Below, one piece after another: positions 58,284-64,000 of a DNA stretch of 64,000 bases. The translations under genes and the position numbers were made by a program. This stretch comes from Terriglobales bacterium (GTDB taxonomy: Bacteria; Acidobacteriota; Terriglobia; Terriglobales; SCQP01): positions 5,781 to 69,780 of the forward strand of contig DATNED010000156.1 of NCBI GenBank assembly GCA_035553115.1, in the 5' to 3' direction. Each line of letters starts with the position of its first letter. Position 1 is the stretch's first letter. The notes below the pieces were generated by a model. It searched no databases and was not told the origin of the DNA. It worked only from the letters and a program-made list of their open reading frames with translations.

Positions 58284-60244
58284 AGCCTGTTGCGCTGATC
58301 ACGCTTTTTGCCGCCACCAGTGTCGCTGCGCAAATGCCGACCGCTGCGAGTGTCCTGCGCCAGCTCGAAGCCACCCATCATTTCACCGAAGTCGCCCTCT
58401 CGCCCGACGGCACCCGCGCGGCCTGGGTCGAGGAACTGTACGCCTCCGGCCTCGACACCGGCACCGCGCGCATCCACCTCCAGGGCCTCGGCGCTCCGAT
58501 CACCGCCGCGCCCTCCGGACGCGCCGCCTCCGAAGGCGGTATCGCCTGGTCCCCCGATGGCACCCGCATCGCCTTCCTCAGCGATGCCGCCCATGCTGGG
58601 CAAATGCAGCTCTATGTCGCCTCCACCGCGGGTGGCCCCGCCCGCCAGCTTACCCATCTCACCGGCTATCTCACCGACGCGCGCTGGTCTCCCGACGGCT
58701 CGACTTTAGCCGTCCTGTTCGCCGAGAACGCCCCTTCCGGCGGCGGCCCCCTCCACCCCGAGCCGCCTGCTACCGGCGTCATCGGAGCTGCCATCCATAA
58801 TCAGCGGCTTGCCGTCGTGCCCGCCGCCGGCGGCCCTGCGCGCCAGCTCACCCCGGCCAGTCTCAATGTTTATGAATACGACTGGTCGCCCGATGGCCGG
58901 CGCTTCGCCTTTACCGCCGCGCCCGGCCCCGGCGACAACAACTGGTGGATCGCCCAGCTCTATACCGCCTCGATCGACGACGGCACGCCGCATTTGGTGT
59001 TCAAGGTCACCGACCCCCAAGGCCAAATCGCCATGCCGCGCTGGTCCCCCGACGGCTCGACGCTGGCCTTCATCCAAGGCCTGATGAGCGACGAAGGCTT
59101 CACCGGCGGCGATCTTTACACGGTGCCCGCCGCCGGCGGCGCCGAGCTTGACCGCACTCCTGGCGCGCACGTCTCAGTCAGCTCGCTCAAGTGGATCACG
59201 CCCCAGTCCCTCGATCTCACTGAGTACTCCGGCGGCGGCAGCCAGCTTGTGAACTTCGACCTCGCCACCGGCGGCGGCAAATTGCTCTGGGCCACCGACC
59301 AGGACATCCACAACGGCGGAAACTTCAGCAATTTTTCCTGGTCGCGGGACGGCAGCAGCGCCGCGTATATCCAGGCGGACTGGTCCCGCCCGCCAGAAAT
59401 TCGCGCCGGCCTCATCGGCGCCTTCCGCGCCGTCACCAACGCGAATGCGGCCCAGAGGCCGCTGTGGGGCAAAGCCGAAAGCTTGACTTGGGAGAACGGC
59501 GGTCTCGCCGTCCAGGGCTGGCTTGTCTATCCGCGCGATTACGATGCCGGCAAAAAGTACCCCCTGATCGTCTCCGTCCACGGCGGGCCCGCCAACATCA
59601 ACGACCCTCATTGGCCGGCGGGCAGCTTCGAGCCGACGCTGCTCTCCGCCCTCGGGTACTTTGTCTTCTTCCCCAACCCGCGCGGCAGCTACGGTCAGGG
59701 CGAAGCCTTCACCCGGGCCAACGTCAAGGATTTCGGCTACGGAGACTTGCAGGATATCCTTGCGGGCCTCGATCGCGCCCTGCGCGCGGTCCCGGCAATT
59801 GATCCCAGCCGCCTCGGCATCACCGGCTGGTCCTACGGTGGGTACATGACCATGTGGGCCATCACCCAAACCCATCGCTTCCGTGCGGCGGTCGCCGGCG
59901 CCGGGCTTTCGGATTGGCTCAGCTACTACGGTGAGAACTCGATTGACCAATGGATGACGCCCTACTTCGGCGACACCATCTACAATGACCGCGCGGTCTA
60001 TGCTCGCAGCGGCCCCATCAACTTCATCAAGAATGTCCAGGCCCCGACCCTGTTGGTCGTCGGCGAACGCGACGGCGAATGCCCCGCCCCGCAGTCGTTC
60101 GAGTATTGGCATGCGCTCGAGACGCTGGGCGTGCCCACCCGCTTGGTCGTCTACCCCGGCGAAGGCCACATGTTCGCCCAGACCGCCCACATCCGGGACG
60201 TGCTCGAGCGCACCGCCGCCTGGTTCAACCAATATTTGCGCTGA
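58280..60244 (+). CDS. S9-family serine peptidase (beta-propeller plus alpha/beta-hydrolase)
   Basis: Repeated WSPDG(T/S) propeller blades. Nucleophile GWSYGGYM, Asp context VGERDGECP, His context GEGHMF. Confidence 0.9.
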   Translation: MKPVALITLFAATSVAAQMPTAASVLRQLEATHHFTEVALSPDGTRAAWVEELYASGLDTGTARIHLQGLGAPITAAPSGRAASEGGIAWSPDGTRIAFLSDAAHAGQMQLYVASTAGGPARQLTHLTGYLTDARWSPDGSTLAVLFAENAPSGGGPLHPEPPATGVIGAAIHNQRLAVVPAAGGPARQLTPASLNVYEYDWSPDGRRFAFTAAPGPGDNNWWIAQLYTASIDDGTPHLVFKVTDPQGQIAMPRWSPDGSTLAFIQGLMSDEGFTGGDLYTVPAAGGAELDRTPGAHVSVSSLKWITPQSLDLTEYSGGGSQLVNFDLATGGGKLLWATDQDIHNGGNFSNFSWSRDGSSAAYIQADWSRPPEIRAGLIGAFRAVTNANAAQRPLWGKAESLTWENGGLAVQGWLVYPRDYDAGKKYPLIVSVHGGPANINDPHWPAGSFEPTLLSALGYFVFFPNPRGSYGQGEAFTRANVKDFGYGDLQDILAGLDRALRAVPAIDPSRLGITGWSYGGYMTMWAITQTHRFRAAVAGAGLSDWLSYYGENSIDQWMTPYFGDTIYNDRAVYARSGPINFIKNVQAPTLLVVGERDGECPAPQSFEYWHALETLGVPTRLVVYPGEGHMFAQTAHIRDVLERTAAWFNQYLR

Positions 60245-60272
60245 ACCCCGCAAAAAGTGGCCGTGCCACCGT

Positions 60273-60329
60273 CGGCAGGACCCGAGTTGCCCCGAAAGCC
60301 ACACGCCCCGTATCGCCCCGCGCCACACC
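60273..60329. repeat. Intergenic repeat, copy D (left module, 8-nt spacer, then right module)
   Basis: CGGCAGGACCCGAGTTGCCCCG-AAAGCCAC-ACGCCCCGTATCGCCCCGCGCCACACC. Confidence 0.75.
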
Positions 60330-60397
60330 GTTCAGGTTGCCTTAATCTTGCGCACCCGTATGCTTGAAATCTAGCCTTTGTGCAAAGGAGAGAACTC

Positions 60398-61462
60398 ATG
60401 AAAACTGTCGTAACGTTGGGCTCTGGTTTGGCCGCATTGGGATTGGGTCTGTTCGTCGTGGCTGCGGCGCCACGCGCGCCGATGCCTGTCGCGCAGTCAG
60501 GCCCCGAAGGCTACCACGTCTCGAAGACCGTCCCGCTGCCTGGCGACAGCGGCTGGGATTATCTCTCCGAAGATCCCGCCAACCGCCGCCTCTACATCAA
60601 TCATGGCAACGAGGTGGTGGTGGTGAACATGGACAACGACCGCGTCGTGGGCACCATCGGCGACCTGCACGGCATCCATGGCACCGCCATCAGCGACAAG
60701 GACGGCCACGGCTTCACCACCAACGGCGGCAACCAGACCATCACCATGTTCGACATCAAGACGCTGGCGAAGATCAAATCCATTCCGGCGCCGAAGGACG
60801 TGGACGGCATCATCTACGATCCCTCCACCGACCGCGTCTTTGCCTTCTGCGGCGACGCCAATCAAGCCATCGCGGTGGATGCCAAGACCGGCGACGTCGC
60901 TGGAACGATTGACCTGGGCGGTGGCCCCGAGTTCGCCGCCGCCGACGGGCAGGGCCACGTCTACAACGTCCTCGAAGATAAGAGTGAACTGCTCGACATT
61001 GACGCGCATACCCTGAAGATCCTCAACCGCTGGCCCCTCACCGGCTGCGAAGGCCCCTCCGGCGTCGCCATGGATGCCGCCCACCACCGTGTTTTCGCCG
61101 GCTGCCACAGCGGCGTGGTCGCCATCGTCAACGCCGAGACCGGCCAAGTCATCGCCACCCCCAAGATCGGCCGGGGCGTGGATGCCGCCCGCTTCGATCC
61201 CGGCACCGGCCTCATCTTCACCTCACAAGGCGACGGCACCATCACCGTCGTCCATGAGGACACGCCCGATACCTACACCGAGCTCGGCAACATCAAGACC
61301 GAGGACCGCGCCCGCACCATGGCGCTCGATCCCAAGACCCACACCCTCTACACCGTAACCGCCAAGTTTGGCCCGGCGCCGGCCGCACCCGCTGGCGGCC
61401 GCCGGGGCGGACGCGCCCCGCTGGTGCCGGGCTCGTTCCACCTGCTGGTGATCACCAAGTAG
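60398..61462 (+). CDS. Secreted YncE/YVTN-like beta-propeller protein
   Basis: Start moved to ATG 60398, with AAAGGAGAG upstream. Signal peptide MKTVVTLGSGLAALGLGLFVVAAA. Repeated blades with ...DP...RLY / RVF / GLIFT and G.HG / GP.G patterns. Confidence 0.7.
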   Translation: MKTVVTLGSGLAALGLGLFVVAAAPRAPMPVAQSGPEGYHVSKTVPLPGDSGWDYLSEDPANRRLYINHGNEVVVVNMDNDRVVGTIGDLHGIHGTAISDKDGHGFTTNGGNQTITMFDIKTLAKIKSIPAPKDVDGIIYDPSTDRVFAFCGDANQAIAVDAKTGDVAGTIDLGGGPEFAAADGQGHVYNVLEDKSELLDIDAHTLKILNRWPLTGCEGPSGVAMDAAHHRVFAGCHSGVVAIVNAETGQVIATPKIGRGVDAARFDPGTGLIFTSQGDGTITVVHEDTPDTYTELGNIKTEDRARTMALDPKTHTLYTVTAKFGPAPAAPAGGRRGGRAPLVPGSFHLLVITK

Positions 61463-61532
61463 ATCGTGCCGCGAATACACTGGCCTCGGCTCGATCGAGG
61501 CCAGTGGCGCAAGTCCCGAACTGAAAGCCCCG

Positions 61533-62738
61533 CTAGATCAGGCGTTTCAGCGCGCGCAGTGGAATCCCGACCCAATCGGGCCGGTGGTTGATCTCGTAGC
61601 GCAGCTCGTAGACCGCCTTCTCGATCTCGAAGAACCGCACGGCTTCGGTCGCGCTGATCGGTCCGTATCCCGCGAGGAACGCCGCCTGGGCTTCCGCTTC
61701 CCACTGCGGCCGCCGCAGCGTCGCCCCCGCGTAGCCGAACGACCTCAGCATCCCGGCCACGTCTTGCAGCGGCGACCCCTTCTGTCGCCGCTCCTCGAGT
61801 GGTCGTGCCGGCTCGCCCTCGAAATCCATCACCACCCAGTCGCTGGGAGTGCGCAGCACTTGGCCCAAGTGGTAATCGCCATGAATGCGGCTCTTTGCTT
61901 CCCCCGCCACGCTCTCGATTCCCGCCTCGCCTGCGCGCAGCCGCTCGCGCCAAGGCTTCAGAAGCTCGGCGTGCGCCGCCAGCTCCGGCGCTTCCGCCGC
62001 TGCCAGCGCACGCCCGCGCCAGCGCGCAAGGTCGTCGGCGACGATGGGTTCGGTTCCGAATGCAGTCGCCAACGCGGCATGCAATTCCGACGTCCGCTTC
62101 CCGAGCTGCCGCAGCTCCTCTGCCGGCATGCCCGCTGATGCCAGCGCCCAATTCCAGCCATCGCCCTCGTTCGGTACGAAGGCGTGCAGCACCGCCAAGG
62201 TCGTCTCCATTCCTTGCGCGCGGTAGACGATCCGCCCCAGCGGCTGCGGCACGTTCCTGAATGCTGTGCCGGCGTGCAGCGCGCGCGGCACCTCGAAATC
62301 CGGATGCTCTCCCGCATGCAGCCGCCGGATGAACTTCAGCACCGAACGCCCCTGCGGCGCTCCATACAGCACCGAGGTGTTGCTTTGCTCCGCGCCCAGC
62401 AGCCGGCTCTCGCCGGGCGCCGCCAGTTCCTCCAGCGGCTCGCCCGCCATTTCGCCGAAACCGCCGCTGATGCGCGCGGCCTGCGCCAGCAGCTCGAACC
62501 AGCGTCGGCGCTGCGCCGCGGTCTCGATCGCTGGCAGCAGGTACCGCCCGGCCTCGCCGCTGCGCCACGACACCTCGATGATCCGTGCCGGTCCGGCCCG
62601 GTCCACCTCGCGCACGCCGCAGATCGCTTCGCTCTTCGCCCCGTACCAGCGCTGGCGCGGCAGCCAATCGCGCAGGGCGCCCAAGGAATCTGGCGGAGCG
62701 TCCGGCGGTGGTTCCGGTGGCGGCACTGGGAATATCAT
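61533..62738 (-). CDS. Maltokinase-like (Mak/Pep2 family) phosphotransferase
   Basis: Start moved to ATG 62738 (MIFPVPPPE). Motifs QRWYGAK and GAEQSNTSVLYG, catalytic loop IHGDYHLGQVL, then MDFEGEP. Confidence 0.7.
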   Translation of the reverse strand: MIFPVPPPEPPPDAPPDSLGALRDWLPRQRWYGAKSEAICGVREVDRAGPARIIEVSWRSGEAGRYLLPAIETAAQRRRWFELLAQAARISGGFGEMAGEPLEELAAPGESRLLGAEQSNTSVLYGAPQGRSVLKFIRRLHAGEHPDFEVPRALHAGTAFRNVPQPLGRIVYRAQGMETTLAVLHAFVPNEGDGWNWALASAGMPAEELRQLGKRTSELHAALATAFGTEPIVADDLARWRGRALAAAEAPELAAHAELLKPWRERLRAGEAGIESVAGEAKSRIHGDYHLGQVLRTPSDWVVMDFEGEPARPLEERRQKGSPLQDVAGMLRSFGYAGATLRRPQWEAEAQAAFLAGYGPISATEAVRFFEIEKAVYELRYEINHRPDWVGIPLRALKRLI

Positions 62739-62752
62739 GGCATTCTCGAAGG

Positions 62753-64000
62753 ATGGGTAAGTACGTCGCCTGCCTCTTCTGCCTTGCGGCGATGATGGCC
62801 GCACAATCCGTTCCGCCTGCGGCCGCGCCCGCGAGCGCCGCGATCGCCGTTCCCCAGATCAAATTCACCCAGTTCACGCTCGCCAACGGCTTGCGGGTGG
62901 TGCTCTCGGAAGACCACACCCTTCCGGTCGTCACCGAGACCATGCTCTTCGACGTTGGCGCGCGCGACGAGCACAAGGGGAAGAGCGGCTTTGCGCATTT
63001 GTTCGAGCACCTCATGTTCGAAGGCTCGAAGAACGCCCCCAAGGGCGTCTTCGATCATTTGGTCGAAGGCTACGGCGGCAACGACAACGCCTCCACCCAT
63101 GAGGACTACACCATCTACTACGAGAACGTGCCCAGCAACGTGCTCGAGACCGTGATGTGGCTCGACGCCGACCGCATGGCTTCGCTGGACGTCACTGAGA
63201 AGAGCATGAAGAACCAAATCTCGGTGGTCGAGGAGGAAAAGCGCTTGCGCGTGGACAATGCCCCCTACGGCCCGCTCCTCTACACCGATCTCGGCGCAAC
63301 CGCCTTCACCAACTGGCAGAACTCGCATTCGGTCATCGGCTCGTTCCAGGACCTCGACGCTGCCACCCTTGCCGATGTGCAGGAGTTCTTCAACGAATAC
63401 TACGCCCCGCGCAACTGTGTGCTCACCATCGTCGGCGATCTCGATCCGGTGAAGACCGAAGCCATGGTGCGCAAGTACTTCGGCTGGATTCCCAACCGCT
63501 CGAAGATTACACCGGTGGACACGGCCGAGCCGCCGCAGGCCGCCGAGCGCGCCGCCACCGTCCACGACGCGCAGGCCAAGCTCCCCGCCCTCGCCATGGC
63601 TTGGCAGGCGCCCAAGCGCGGCTCCAACGACTTCTACGCCCTGGCGATGCTCGGCCAGCTTCTGTTCTCGGGTGAAAGCTCGCGCATGTATCAGGGTCTG
63701 GTGAAGAACAATCCGGTCGCGCTTCAAGTCGGCGGCGGCCTCGGGTTCCCTTCGGCCGACTTCACCGATTACCGCGCGCCGGGCCTTTTCTCGGCGCTGG
63801 TGATCTACAAACCGAACGCCACCGCTTCCCAAGTTGAAGATCTCGTCTACCAGCAAATCCAGCAGGTCGAGGCCACCGGCGTTTCGCCTGCCGAACTCGA
63901 CCGCCTCAAGACCAAGTTCAGCTCCGACTGGCTGCAGTCCGAGCAGACCACGCTCGATCGTGCCGAGCTCTTGGCCATGGCCACATTGTTTGACGGCAGC
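62753..64000 (+). CDS. M16-family (pitrilysin/insulinase-like) zinc peptidase; 3' end outside the window
   Basis: It is absent from the ORF track because it has no in-window stop. By-hand translation from ATG 62753 gives MGKYVACLFCLAAMMAAQS (signal)...GFAHLFEHLMFEGSKN (inverted zinc motif HxxEH)...EEEKRLRVDNAPYG. The frame is open to nt 64000. Confidence 0.85.
   Translation, partial: MGKYVACLFCLAAMMAAQSVPPAAAPASAAIAVPQIKFTQFTLANGLRVVLSEDHTLPVVTETMLFDVGARDEHKGKSGFAHLFEHLMFEGSKNAPKGVFDHLVEGYGGNDNASTHEDYTIYYENVPSNVLETVMWLDADRMASLDVTEKSMKNQISVVEEEKRLRVDNAPYGPLLYTDLGATAFTNWQNSHSVIGSFQDLDAATLADVQEFFNEYYAPRNCVLTIVGDLDPVKTEAMVRKYFGWIPNRSKITPVDTAEPPQAAERAATVHDAQAKLPALAMAWQAPKRGSNDFYALAMLGQLLFSGESSRMYQGLVKNNPVALQVGGGLGFPSADFTDYRAPGLFSALVIYKPNATASQVEDLVYQQIQQVEATGVSPAELDRLKTKFSSDWLQSEQTTLDRAELLAMATLFDGS

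Overview
This is a gene-dense, visibly GC-rich chromosomal segment with about 49 protein-coding genes on both strands. Third-position GC bias is strong, so many long ORFs in the supplied track are spurious alternative-frame or antisense reads (Arg/Gly/Ala/Pro-rich). I chose genes by recognisable family motifs, signal peptides or TM patterns, Shine-Dalgarno context and stop/start coupling (ATGA, GTGA). Several starts were moved inward from the track ORFs.

Housekeeping genes are glmS, purS, ftsH, tilS, pyrE, mtnA, prmC, rlmH, thiL, lptD, comEC and a phosphomannomutase.

These are interleaved with envelope and secretion functions:
- three CarboxypepD_reg-type TonB-dependent receptors;
- a PadR regulator with a duplicated FtsX-type 'orphan' permease;
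- a four-gene ABC-2 operon;
- many peptidases (C1, M1-like, M28, S9, M16, CPBP, FtsH);
- two two-component systems, one of them sigma-54 dependent.

This combination suggests Acidobacteriota; that is an inference, not verified. I saw no rRNA, tRNA, CRISPR array, transposase, integrase or prophage gene.

The most interesting observations are:
1. A modular intergenic repeat family with four copies. One is a 161-bp variant with a nested hairpin and a long-range stem.
2. A histidine kinase, a sigma-54 enhancer-binding regulator and a good -24/-12 promoter, followed by a secreted FecR-like Trp-rich protein with a repetitive tail.
3. An M1-peptidase homologue in which all zinc ligands and the catalytic Glu are replaced, translationally coupled to a zinc-ribbon RDD membrane protein.
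4. Several short palindromes sitting on divergent start regions.

I found no clear multi-gene system of obviously new type. All functional calls come from motif recognition by eye, without database searches.
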